Assembly (NCBI GenBank): GCA_038087875.1 | Contig: CM075995.1 | Coordinates: 8,992,001-9,056,000, forward strand | Reading direction: 5' to 3' | Source of the DNA: Malacoraja senta | Taxonomy: Eukaryota | Length of the DNA stretch: 64,000 nucleotides | Part shown: positions 1 through 11,189 of the stretch, piece by piece | Layout of the letters: each line of letters begins with the position of its first letter | How positions within the stretch are numbered: the first letter of the stretch is position 1 | The notes under the pieces: model-generated | What the model saw: the letters and a program-made list of their open reading frames with translations, nothing else | Told to the model about the DNA's origin: nothing | Databases searched by the model: none | Made by a program: the position numbers and the translations under genes

Positions 1-477
1 TCAGGCAACTGAAACGTCCTCTCACCAACTAGAGAGCGGTCCTGACCTCTCATCCCTCCAATCCCTGCATGTCCATGTACCCGTTTAAAAGCATCTTAAA
101 CCCCACTATCGTATCTGCCTCCACCACCACCACCACCCCTGGCAGCGCGTTCCAGGTACCCACCACCCTTTAGTCATAGGGTAGTTAATCTGTGGAATTC
201 ATTGCCACAGAGGGCTGTGGAGGCCAAGTCAGTGGATATTTTTAAGGCAGAGATAGACAAATTCTTGATTAGAACGGGCGTCAAGGGTTATGGGGAGAAG
301 GCAGGACAACAAGGCAGAGATCAGCCATGATTGAATGGCGGAGTAGACTCGATGGGCCGAATGGCCTACTTCTACTCCTATAACTTGTGAACTTGCGAAC
401 CACCCTCTGAGTTAAAAAGCAACTTGAACCGCACATCTCCTGTAAACTGTATTCTGCACTCTCTTTGCTCTACCTAT

Positions 478-1594
478 AAGCGAGTTCGGTATTCCGAAAA
501 AACGCATGGAATCGTGGGATTTGTCAAAGGTTGTAAGCTATAAGGGTAAATAGATCTCAGCAGGGGGGGGAGACTGGGCGGAGGGGAGACCCGCATGCGC
601 TGCTGAACTGTCCCCGGTCCCCCCCGCCACTCGAGACGTCTGGACCGACGGGACTCCGGCCCCCAGGCCCAGCGCGGAGAAGCGCCAACCCCAACACCAG
701 CGGCCCCAGCCCCACAGAACCCACAGCCAGCACCAACTCCAGCCCAATCCCGCTCCAACTCCAGAGGAACCCGCTCCCCGCTGGGCCACTAGGGCGACAA
801 GTGTCAGTTCGCCCACGGCCTCAGCCACCACCCCAATTACAAGCCGTACCTTGCACACCACCGGCTTCTGCCCCTACAGTACCCGCTGCCACTTCATCCA
901 CAACCCCGATGAGGAGCGATTGCCCCGGCCTCGTCTGTGCCAGAGCGCCAGCCTGGGCTCAACCTCCTCCGGCCCGGCGCTAGACTGGGCCGCACTGCGG
1001 GCGGCTTTCAGCCCCGACCTGGAGTTGGAGCTGGCCCGGACTCTGGGTTTGGGGCTGTGCAAGGGAGGGGGAGGACGTTGCTGCTGCAGCCAGCACCACC
1101 ATCACCAACAGTACCCGCAGCTCCAGCTGGCGCCCGTCCTGCCCATGGCCGGCAGGAGCCCGCCCGCAGACTCTCCGACCAGGACGACTCCAGCAGCAGC
1201 GGCTCCGAGTCGCCCGTCTTCGAGCAGGGCTGGCGGCTGCCCATCTTCAGCAGGGTCTCGGTGTCAGACTGAGGGGAGGGGGGTGGAGGTGGAGGGCTGC
1301 CGGGACCAACCCGGCGGGACAGGCAGAGCCGAGCTGGAGCCAGCGGCTGCAGGTCCGGGGCCGCACCGCCAGCCCAGGGCCATCCTGTACACCTCCGGAC
1401 AGGGACGGGACACCGGGGAGCGGACGGGGACGTCCCAACAGCAACTCAACAGCACCCGCAGCGACGGAGAGCCAACCCCAACCCGACTACGGACGAAACA
1501 CAAGCCTGCAGCAATGCAGCACCACCGTTGCCAAGTGTTTTATAGCTAGTGACCTATGACCTGGCCATGCGCAGTCGGAATACCGAACTCGCTT
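478..1594. mobile_element. Non-autonomous TIR DNA transposon (ISL2EU/PHIS-like) carrying a host gene fragment
   Basis: Perfect 20-bp terminal inverted repeats AAGCGAGTTCGGTATTCCGA (478-497; reverse complement 1575-1594), with patchy subterminal similarity (CGCATGG, GTCA.AGGT, AGCTATAA). AT flanks both ends (476-477, 1595-1596). Removing the element restores tctacctATtgtact. No transposase. Superfamily inferred only from the 2-bp AT TSD. Confidence 0.8.
793..1272 (+). pseudogene. ZFP36: Degenerate ZFP36/TTP-family tandem CCCH zinc-finger gene fragment
   Basis: GDKCQFAHG-LSHHPNYK (793-843); after a frameshift RTLHTTGFCPYSTRCHFIHNPDEE...RPRLCQSAS; after a second frameshift near 1171, SDQDDSSSSGSESPVFEQGWRLPIFSRVSVSD* (family CNOT1-binding C-terminus). 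In-frame TAG at 790-792, internal deletions, no upstream ATG. Exact paralog uncertain. Confidence 0.88.
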
Positions 1595-2175
1595 ATTGTA
1601 CTAGTATTTGATCTAATTGTATTAATGTACACACAATCTGCATTTAGCATTGACTAAACTTCCCAAAGTGCTTTATGGAAACTCTCACGGACATGCAAGG
1701 CAAAATAAATGTAAGTCTTTTTTGCGTTCTAAACTCCATTTTATTGGCAGGTGCAGCATAGAAACTAAGGCAGGCATATCTAATACGTGTACACGCTCCC
1801 ATGGTTAATAACTGGTGCACACGGATCCATTTTGGTCAAAGTCCTGAAAAATATTAGTTGCCTCCTTTCCAGTTAAACTGTCCCTGTTCTCAGACCTCTA
1901 CTCCAGCAGTATACAGCGGGAATGGTTTGTTTGAATGCTTGCACATGGTACAGAGCTAAAATACCAGGAAATAAGCAGAAATAAAAATGAATCACATCCA
2001 TCCAATGGCTAAGTGCATCGCGTATAACGAAATAGAAATAAAATATTGCGCTGGAGAAACAAAAGAACTGCAGATGCTGATTTACAACAAAAAAAAAGAC
2101 ACCTAGTGCTGGAGTAACTCATCGGGTCAGGCAGCATCTGTGGTGTGAAGAAGGGCCAAAATGTCACCTATCCAT

Positions 2176-2412
2176 GATCTGCAGATTTTACCATTGTCTA
2201 ACATTAACACAAAAAACTGGAGTAACTCGGCAGGTCAGGCAGCATCTCTGGAGAAAAGGAATAGGTGATGTTTCGGGTCCTGAAACGTCACCTATCCATG
2301 TTCTCCACAGATGCTGCCTGACCCGCTGAGTTACTCCAGCACTCTGTGAAACGTCACCTATCCATGTTCTCCACAGATGCTGCCTGACCCGCTGAGCTAC
2401 TCCAGCACTCTG
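2176..2412 (+). repeat. Penelope-tail-derived repeat with 2 copies of the 66-bp unit
   Basis: Unit TGAAACGTCACCTATCCATGTTCTCCACAGATGCTGCCTGACCCGCTGAGTTACTCCAGCACTCTG starts at 2281 and 2347. Confidence 0.8.
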
Positions 2413-2832
2413 TCCTTTCGTGTATTAACCAGCATCTGCAGTTCTTTTCCTCCATTGTATTGTTTTACCATTCCTTATCCAGCAATCTTTTACAAAGCAC
2501 TAGGACCCGGAATTGTTTTTTTGTTATTGGGTTACCCCATGCTGCCTTTTGCAATCGAATAACTAACTCCCTCAATACAAAGACTTTTTTAAGCATGCAA
2601 GTCTTTTCAGCCGCCTGCCATATCAATAACAGCGGAAGATGTTGAGAGAATACTAAAGCCGCACGACTCCTGTTATGAAAGAAACCGATCGTGTTTTAGA
2701 TTGATCATCTTTGGACTGGTCTGTCGGGGGAAAGTTTGGCCAAAAACCCAAAGTTAGTAAACACTAGTAGCGCCCTTTGTGAACAGCTTCAGAGGTAAGG
2801 AGGGAAAGGTAGGGTTGCAATGTAGAAAGGGA

Positions 2833-3330
2833 GGTAGACAAAAATGCTGGAGAAACTCAGCGGGTGAGGCAGAATCTATGGAGCGAAGGAGATAGGCGAC
2901 GTTTTGGGTCGAAACCCTTCAGACTGATGTGAGGGTGGGGAGGCGGGAAGAAGAAAGGAAGAGGCGGAGACAGTAGGCTTTGTGAGAGATAGGAAGGGGA
3001 GGGACTACCTGAAATTGGAGAAGTCAACGTTCATGCCGCTGGGGTGCAAACTGCCCAAGTGAAATATGAGGTGCTGCTCCTCCAATTTATGGTGGGATTC
3101 ACTCTGGCCATGGAGGAGGCCCAGGACAGAAAGGTCAGATTCAGTTTGGAGGGGGAGTTGAAGTGCTGAGCCACCGGGAGATCAGGTTGGTTAATGCAAA
3201 CTGAGCGGAGGTGTTGAGCGAAGCGATCGCCAAGCCTGCGCTTGGTCTCACCGATGTACAGCAGCTGACACCTAGAGCAGCGAATGCAATAGATGAGGTT
3301 GGAGGAGGTGCAGGTGAACCTCTGCCACAC
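2833..3330 (-). mobile_element. Penelope-like element 3' fragment (GIY-YIG endonuclease region plus tail)
   Basis: ORF 3031-3330 RFTCTSSNLIYCIRCSRCQLLYIGETKRRLGDRFAQH has the IY..CxxC..YIG pattern of PLE endonucleases; it is followed by the tail seen throughout the window. Confidence 0.85.
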
Positions 3331-4160
3331 TTGGAAAGATTAATGTAGAAAGGTAGGTTTGTTTTAGAGATGCAGCCTGGAAACAGGCCCACCTCTCCCA
3401 CCCCTGGAACACTAGGGGGCAATTATACACAGGCCAATTAACCCACAAACCTGAACGGCTTTGGGACGTGGGAGGAACCCGGAGCACCTGGAGAAAACCC
3501 ATAATGTCACAGGGAGAAAACAGACAGCACCCAAGGTCAGGATGGAAGCCGGGTCTCTACCAGCTGCTCCACTTGAGTGGTTGGTGGACAGGAGTCATTA
3601 CGGGTGCTGATAGCTTAAGGCAAAAAAGGGTGGGGATGGGACAAGTAAAGGTGAAGGGTTAGGGTTAGTGAAGGTGATTCTCGAAAGTCTTACATCACCA
3701 TCCTGCAATTAACACCAGCACGCACTGCCTGATTATACAGGACCAGTGTCATAGAGTAATACAGCGTGGAAACAGCCCCCTTGGCACAACTTGCCCACAC
3801 TGACCAACACGTCCCACCTGCCTGTATTTGGTTCATAGCCCTCTAAACCTGTCCTGTCCATGTGACTGTCTAAATGTTTCTTAAACGTTGCGACAGTCCC
3901 TGCCTCAACTGCCGCTTCCGACATCTCGCTTCATACACCCACCGCCCTTTGTGTAAGAAAAGTTGCCCCTCGGGTTCCTATCACAGCTTTCCCCCTAACT
4001 TTAAACGTCTGTCATCTGGTTCTCGATTCCCTTCCTCTGGCCAAGAAGTTGAGAAAGCTGGGAAAAATGTAGGAGTTGGACAAAGCCTAGCTGGAGTTTA
4101 GAAGGATTTGCCCTCCCTGCCACAGAGGGCAGTGGAGGGCAAATCACTGGATGGATTTAA

Positions 4161-4399
4161 TATAATAATAATATTTGTATTTATATAGCACTTTTCAATC
4201 AAATCACTTGAAACCAAAGTGCTTTACAGAGAATTATCCATATCCATATGTTGATATCAACATATCAACATTCACACGCAGGCAAAGGTGGGTGAAGTGT
4301 CTTGCCCAAGGACACAACGACAGTATGCACTCCAAGCGGGATTCGAACCGGCTACCTTCCGGTTGCCAGCCGAACACTTAGCCCATTGCGCCATCTGTC
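4161..4399 (-). mobile_element. tRNA-derived SINE with L2-type tail, inserted in a CR1 fragment
   Basis: Minus strand has A box TGGCGCAATGG, B box GGTTCGAATCC, tail TGTAAAGCACTTTG...GTGCTATATAAAT then (TTA)n. Flanked by GATTTAA direct repeats that interrupt CR1 sequence. Confidence 0.8.
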
Positions 4400-5574
4400 G
4401 ATTTAAGAGAGAGTTCGATAGAGCTCTAGGGGCTAGTGGAATCAAGGGATATGGGGAGAAGGCAGGCACGGGTTATTGATAGGGGACGCTCAGCCATGAT
4501 CACGATGAATGGCGGTACTGGCTCGAAGGGCCGAATGGCCTCCTGCACCTATTTTCTATGTTTCTAGCAAGTGATAGGTGGGGGTGATGGCAGGTGGGTG
4601 GAGATAGTGAGAAAGGCTAGAGATGAAGAGGAGACTAAAGGGTGTCAGGTGAGGAGAGGGGAGGTGTGTAATGTGAAGCTGGAGGGAGGGATATGAATGG
4701 ACAGGTAAAGTGGGCTGGGGAGAACAGATGAATATCTTTTTATTTGAGAGAGAGAGAGAGGTGCCAAATAAAAAGCTGGTTCAGATCTATAAAACCATCT
4801 TTTTTAAGATTGTTTCTATTATGGCGGGGACTGGCAGGAGTCCAGCTAAGAAACTAAGCGGACACAAGTTGTGTGCTTGAGGTGTTTTAATCGGTCAGTT
4901 ACAGCTCCCTACTCCTCAAATGGGCATCTTAAATACCCCTGAGGGTTAACCCCGTGACCCGCGCCTCCCACACCGAGACACCTAACTCCTCCCGCCAGAG
5001 TCGAGGGTTCGCACTGCGTGGCTGACCACCAGGTGCGCCACACTATTATGATTCCCCCCAATTGAACGAGAGCACAAGACACAGGAGCAGAATGAGCATC
5101 AAATCTGCTCCGCTAGATAATCATGGCTGATCTATTTTACCCTCTCAACCCCATTCTCCTGCCTTCTGCCCGTAACCTTGGGCTCCCTTACTAATCATGA
5201 GCCTATCGATCTCCGCTTTAAAGATATCCATTGACTTGACCTCCACCATGACTAAAATGATTCCTCCTCATCTCCATTCCATTTTTTATTGTCGTGTGTG
5301 GCAAGATTTATTATTGTGTGTACCGAGGCACAGTGAAAAAGCTTTCGTTTTGCCTGCTATCAAATCCGAATATACTATACATGAATACAGTCAAGCCCAA
5401 TACAATAGGCAGAATGAAGGGGAAGATAGAGTGCAGAATATGGTTTGTACAACTAGAGATCATGCTAGATTTACAAGTGGAAAAGAGATTGAGAAGACAA
5501 AGGATTGTATTAGATGAAATTAGATCGTTCTCTGGGACCAGCATCTAAAGGGTCTCCACACTCCAGTACCTTCT

Positions 5575-6055
5575 CACTCTGCCTCGGCAAGGCCAGCAGC
5601 ATCATCAAGGCCCGATCTCACCCTGGTCACTCCCTCTTCTCCCCCTCCCCCATCAGGCAAGAGGTACAGAAGTGTGACAACGCACACCTCCAGATTCATC
5701 AGTCTGAAGAAGGGTCTCGACCTGAAACCTTCGCTCCATAGATGCTGCCTCACCTGCTGAGTTTCTCCAGCATTTTTGTCTACCTCCAGATTCAGGGACA
5801 ATTTCTTCCCAGCTGTGATCAGACACCTGAACCGTACTCTCATCAGCTAGGGAGTGGTCCTGAGCTACTATCTACCTTCGGACTATTGTTGCTAGGACTT
5901 TACCTTGCACTGTTCATTCACCTTATTCCTTTATCCTGTATCTGTACACTGTGGACGGCTCGATTGTAATCATGTATTGTCTTCCCGCTGACTGGTTAGC
6001 ACGCAACAAAAGCTTTTCACTGTACCTCGGTACACGTGACAATAAACTAAACTGA
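5575..6055 (+). mobile_element. Rex1/Babar-like LINE 3' fragment with an internal PLE-tail insert
   Basis: CLGKASSIIK.SHPGHSLFSP motif; 3' UTR ends GTGACAATAAACTAAACT. Confidence 0.7.
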
Positions 6056-6120
6056 AACAATTGGATAGACCGTCAATCAATAACTCAGATTTAAGATTAA
6101 GATGACATAGTCCTGATTGC

Positions 6121-6485
6121 TAAGATTGTTAAGGGCTTGGACACACTAGAGGCAGGAAACATGTTCCCGATGTTGGGGGAGTCCAGAACCAGGGGCCACA
6201 GTTTAAGAATAAGGAGTAAGCCATTTAGAACGGAGACGAGGAAACACTTTTTCTCACAGAGAGTTGTGAGTCTGTGGAATTCTCTGCCTCTGAGGGGGGT
6301 GGAGGAAGGTTCTCTGGATGCTTTCAAGAGAGAGCTAGATAGGGCTCTTAAAAATAGCGGTCTGGGGATATGGGGAAAAGGCAGGAACGGGTTACTGATT
6401 GGGGATGATCAGCCATGATCACATTGAATGGCGGTGCTGGCTCGAAGGGCCAAATGGTCGACTCCTGCACCTATTGTCTATTGTA
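6121..6485 (+). mobile_element. CR1/HER1-type LINE 3' fragment
   Basis: ORF2 C-terminus GESRTRGHSL...FFSQRVV.LWNSLP; CTATTGT tail repeats. Confidence 0.9.
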
Positions 6486-7005
6486 TTCCAGTTCTCTGGA
6501 TGTAAATGCTAGCATTGAGTTTGCCTTGTATATTGTATATTGTCTGATCAGATTTTTGCCATAGAGGTAACATCAATTTCCAAAGATATATTTCCAAAGA
6601 TCAAGGAACATATCCTTTTGATATTGCAGAAGTACATGCGTTACTGTTTGAGTTGCATGCTGTTGAATAATTCTTGTATGTTCTCCCACAGCATTATAAT
6701 GCTCGGAAGACTTGGACTAAAAATGATGGGAAAACCTCATGAATCATGAAGCTTTGCTTTTTTTTTACAACGGAGTTTTGTATAAATGTGCAGGGATCAC
6801 TTTGACTTGACGTTTATCATGCAAGATGTGAGTACACTAAACTGAATTTGAATCTGCAAGAGATGTTCCAATAAATCACCAAAGTCAAAATTGTTTTGTT
6901 CGCCCTTGTGTTTCGTTTATTAACTTTCTTCCTGCATCTATGGAAAAATATTGTATCGTCTTTTGGTAAATCGCTTTCAGTGTACCATTCCTATATACTG
7001 ATTGA

Positions 7006-7335
7006 TAGACAATAGACAATTGGTGCAGAGGTAGGCCATTTGGCCCTTCGAGCCAGCACCGCCATTCAATGTGATCATGGCTGATCATCCCCAATCAGTA
7101 CCCCGTTCCTGCCTTCTCCCCATATCCCCTGACTCCGCAATTTTTAAGAGCCCTATCTAGCTCTCTCTTGAAAGCATCCAGAGAACCTGCCTCCACCGCC
7201 CTCTGAGGCAGAGAATTCCACAGACTCACCACTCTCTGTGAGAAAAAGTGTTTCCTCGTCTCCGTTCTAAATGGCTTACTCCTTATTCTTAATCTGGGGC
7301 CCCTGGTTCTGGACTCCCCCAACATCAGGAACATT
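7006..7335 (-). mobile_element. CR1/HER1-type LINE 3' fragment
   Basis: ORF 7095-7334 has the same CR1 C-terminal motif; tail reads (AGACAAT)n on the plus strand. Confidence 0.9.
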
Positions 7336-7436
7336 GTTGATGGTTCAACTTAAACATCTGCAGAAATAAGAGCTGGCTCTATATCTTTTCCCATTTCTCG
7401 GGCAATCATGAAACCAATGAGATCATCATCCAGAAT

Positions 7437-7518
7437 AGTTTAGAGATACAGCGCGGAAACAAAGTCTTCTGCCCACCGAGTCCGTGCCAACCAGCGATCC
7501 CCGCACATTAACGCTATC

Positions 7519-7561
<43 letters not shown>

Positions 7562-7746
7562 GGGGACAATTTACATTCATGCCAAGCCAATTAACCTACA
7601 AACCTGGACGTCTTTGGAGTGTGGGAAGAAACCGAAGATCCCGGAGAAAAGCAACGGGAGAATGTACAAGACTCCGTGCTCAGGATGGAACCCGGGTCTC
7701 TGGTACTGTAAGGCAGCAACTCTACTGCTGCACCACCGTGCCGCCC
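7437..7746 (-). mobile_element. HE1-like (V-SINE) tRNA-derived SINE containing a (CA)n microsatellite (7521-7559)
   Basis: Head GGCGGCACGGTGGTGCAGC..GTAGAG, B-box-like GGTTCCATCC, LINE-type tail CTGTATCTCTAAACT. Confidence 0.8.
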
Positions 7747-7843
7747 GAACTGAGTCGTTGAATGTTGTAAGATAGCTACATTTCTAATCAATTTAACTTC
7801 TATCTCATCAGTGATCCACTCTTCAGTTCTTTCCTAACCCTTT

Positions 7844-8049
7844 GGTAGACAAAAGTGCTGGAGTAACTCAGCGGGTGCAGCAGCATCTATGGAGCAAAGG
7901 AAATAGGCAACATTTTGGGCCGAAACCCTTCAGGAAATAGGCAATGTTGCCTATTTCCTTCGCTCCATAGATGCTGCCTCACCCGCTGAGTTTCTCCAGC
8001 ATTTTTGTCTACCTTCGATTTTCTAGTATTTGCAGTTCCTTCTTAAACA
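7844..8049. mobile_element. Palindromic Penelope-tail-derived insert with TSD
   Basis: Two head-to-head PLE-tail arms; flanking direct repeat CTTTC(C/T)TAACCCTTT at 7829-7843 and 8050-8064. Confidence 0.75.
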
Positions 8050-8426
8050 CTTTCTTAACCCTTTCCCTGAGTCTGTACTTGGCACGAGTCTTGTCTCTTA
8101 ATATTACCTGGTTCTGTAGAAATACCCTCACCCTGAAATATTAGAGACACAAGGAATCTTATTCCTTGGAGTGGCTGAGAGGTGTATACTACGGTCATGA
8201 GAGGAAGAGGGGTGGGAGATTGCAACCTTCAACGTGGTCCGCCCTGTTTCGACGAATGCAATCAACCTGGCGTGCACAATCAAATAAGACCAAATAGAAC
8301 AAGTTGTCCGACTGTGACTGTAGGCCGTGCATGCCACACATACGCAAGAAGTAAATGAGAGGAACAGACATGGTGAATGCACACAGCCTTTTATCCAGAG
8401 TTGGGGAATCAAGAACCAGAGGACAT

Positions 8427-8835
8427 CACTGGAGTTTAGAAGGATGAGGGGGGATCTTATAGAAACATATAAAATTATAAAAGGACTGGACAAGCTAGAT
8501 GCAGGAAAAATGTTCCCAATGTTGGGCGAGTCCAGAACCAGGGGCCACAGTCTTAGAATAAAGGGGAGGCCATTTAAGACAGGTGAGAACTTTTTCACCC
8601 AGAGAGTTGTGAATTTATGGAATTCCCTGCCACAGAGGGCAGTGGAGGCCAAATCACTGGATGGATTTAAGAGAGAGTTAGATAGAGCTCTAGGGGATAG
8701 TGGAGTCAAGGGATATGGGGAGAAGGCAGGCACGGGTTATTGATAGGGGACGATCAGCCATGATCACAATGAATGGCGGTGCTGGCTCGAAGGGCCGAAT
8801 GGCCTCCTCCTGCACCTATTTTCTATGTTTCTATG
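8427..8835 (+). mobile_element. CR1/HER1-type LINE 3' fragment (second subfamily)
   Basis: LEFRRMRGDLIETYKIIKGLDKLDAGKMF...; TTTCTATG tail repeats. Confidence 0.9.
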
Positions 8836-9743
8836 GGTTGAAGGTGAGAGGGGAAAGATTTCATAGGAACCCGAGGGGCAACTTCCCTTCCACAGATGCT
8901 GCCTGACCCGCTGAGTTCCTCCAGCACTTTGTGTTTCGAAGCTGCACGTTCCCCGAGGCAAGCTAACCTCCAACTGGCAGACCTTTGACCTGTCACAGTG
9001 CCGCGCTTGGTGGAGTAGTGTGGCGTTAAACTGCATTTACTTGTTTCCTTTTTCCACTGATTGTGAAAAAAGACTATTAAATCCCAACAAATCAATAGAG
9101 TTTTACTAACAAAAAACCCCCCTGCAGGATAACCATTGTGATTGGTTCATTACAAACAAATTACTGAAGGTATCGTCTGTGCTATGAAGCATTTTAAATA
9201 CACAACAATATTTTAAGAACTTGGTTCTGGACATTAACATGCATTTTTAAAAAATATTTCTGGTTATTTGGAAGGATAGATATTTCTTCCTCTGGTGCCC
9301 GTAATCATTGGGTCTAAGCAAGAATGACTAATCCCCAACACAACACAATTGAACATGAAATAAAGTTTTACATTCCATTCAGCCTTAAATGTTCAAAAAT
9401 CAAATGGGTTTTCAAGGCACTTGTAGTATCCGCAAGACATATGAAAATAAATATCCCTAATCTACTACGCTTATTGAAATTGATTTAAATATTAAAACAT
9501 AAATTGACATCTTCCAGGAGTGCGGTATAAATTCTACAGCCGCTGTTGGTATCTGCATCCGTGTTGTTAATGTGTGAACAGCCGGCTGTATCTTGGACTG
9601 TGACCACTCCCTGGGTTTCAAATGGAAAATGATCCGCCAGTTATCAAAATGGAGGTGAAGGTCATCTTTGGACTGGGTTGGTGAGGCCGGAGCCCAAGCT
9701 CTCAAAGTCCGGGACTGGGAAGTAGTAGCCACCAGGGCAGTGG

Positions 9744-9904
9744 CTATCTGTGGTCGCCGTATTTAGATGCCCAGTCAGTCCTTCCATGGACGGGGTGAAT
9801 GGGCGGTGGATAGGCCAGGCGTTCGGCTGAGTGCTTTTTGGCTGCTATGTAACCGGGGGCCGGGAGCTGGGGTTGGGTCGGTTTGGTTTTCCAAGCATCG
9901 TGGT
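9744..9904 (-). CDS. MAK: MAK-like last coding exon
   Basis: Pyrimidine tract plus AG acceptor; phase 1; HDAWKTK...PVHGRTDWASKYGDHR* (TAG 9744-9746). Confidence 0.92.
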
Positions 9905-10144
9905 CTTTGGATGGGGGAGGGAAGAGGGGCAAACAAAAACAAACAAACATCCATTAACATTTAGATTTTATGAAGCAATAATCACGCTTTACTTTCCACA
10001 TAGAACAGTTCAGCACAAGAACAGGCCCGTCCGTGTTATATGTCAGATGATGGATTCGAATGCGACGGAGAGGAACGGGGTACTGATTCCCCGTTCCTCT
10101 CAGCCATGATCAGCCATGATCACATCAGCCATGATCACATTGAA

Positions 10145-10560
10145 CACTCTGGAGTTTAAAAGGATGAGAGGGCATCTCATTGAAACATATAAGATTGTTA
10201 AGGGCTTGGACACGCTAGAGGCAGGAAACATGTTCCCGATGTTGGGGGAGTCTAGAACCAGGGGCCACAGTTTAAGAATAAGGGGTAAGCCATTTAGAAC
10301 GGAGACGAGGAAACACTTTTTCCTCACAGAGAGTGGTGAGTCTGTGGAATTCTCTGCCTCAGAGGGCGGTGGAGGCCGGTTCTCTGGATGCTTTCAAGAG
10401 AGAGCTAGATTGGGCTCTTAAAAATAGCGGAGACAGGGGATATGGGGAGAAGGCAGGAACGGGGTACTGATTGGGGATGATCAGCCATGATCACATTGAA
10501 TGGCGGTGCTGGCTCGAAGGGCCGAATGGCCTACTCCTGCACCCATTGTCTATTGTCTAT
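10145..10560 (+). mobile_element. CR1/HER1-type LINE 3' fragment
   Basis: CR1 ORF2 C-terminus and CTATTGT tail. Confidence 0.9.
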
Positions 10561-11189
10561 AGTGTAGATGTAAAGTTTAGTTTATTGTCACGTGCACCGA
10601 GGTCCAGTGAAAAGCTTTTTTGTTGCGTGCTAGCCAGTCAGCGGAAAGAGTGCACGTGATTACAATCGAGCCGCCCACATTATACAGATACGGGATGACG
10701 TTTAGTGCAAGATAAAGTCCAGTGAAGTCCGATCAAAGATAGTCTGAGGGGTCTCTAATGAGTTAGATAGTAGTTCAGCACTGCTCTCTGGTGGTTGGTC
10801 GGATGGTTCAGTTGCCTGATAACAGCTGGGATGAAACTGTCCCTGAATTTGGATGTAGGGATAGTCAAATAGGAATGGGAGTTAGAGGAGTCATGTGTAC
10901 TGAGGTATTTTTGTTGTGTGCTATCCAATCAGCGGAAAGACTACATGATTAAACAGCTGAAGAAGGGCTGGCCATTCTTTCTCTCCATAGATGCTGCCTG
11001 TCCCGCTGAGTTACTCCAGCATTTTGTGTCGTGCATGATTACAATCGTGCCGTCCGCAGTGTACAGATAGACGAGTTAGTGGGAAAGGGGTAGGCCCTAC
11101 GGCCCACACTGCCTAAACATGATACCAAGACCATCTCTAATCAACACTACTCCTTGATTGAAATCGATGCTTCAGCCGATCAGCGTCAC

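Noticed and set aside
851..1549. 232-aa ORF as a functional ZFP36 gene
   Set aside because: No ATG start, first finger truncated with an upstream stop, second finger lacks its first Cys, and the conserved C-terminus is out of frame.
2760..2782. CTCF-like motifs here and near 5026-5040
   Set aside because: Spacing does not fit the core consensus; cannot be supported without a matrix scan.
4330..4399. tRNA gene
   Set aside because: A and B boxes are present but continue into a SINE body and L2-type tail with a TSD; the same applies to the HE1-like heads.
6486..7005. Possible 3' UTR of a plus-strand gene (AT-rich, AATAAA near 6870)
   Set aside because: No linked coding exon found; hexamer expected by chance.
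8940..9743. MAK-like poly(A) site
   Set aside because: Probably 3' UTR, but I saw no canonical minus-strand AATAAA, so the transcript end is not called.
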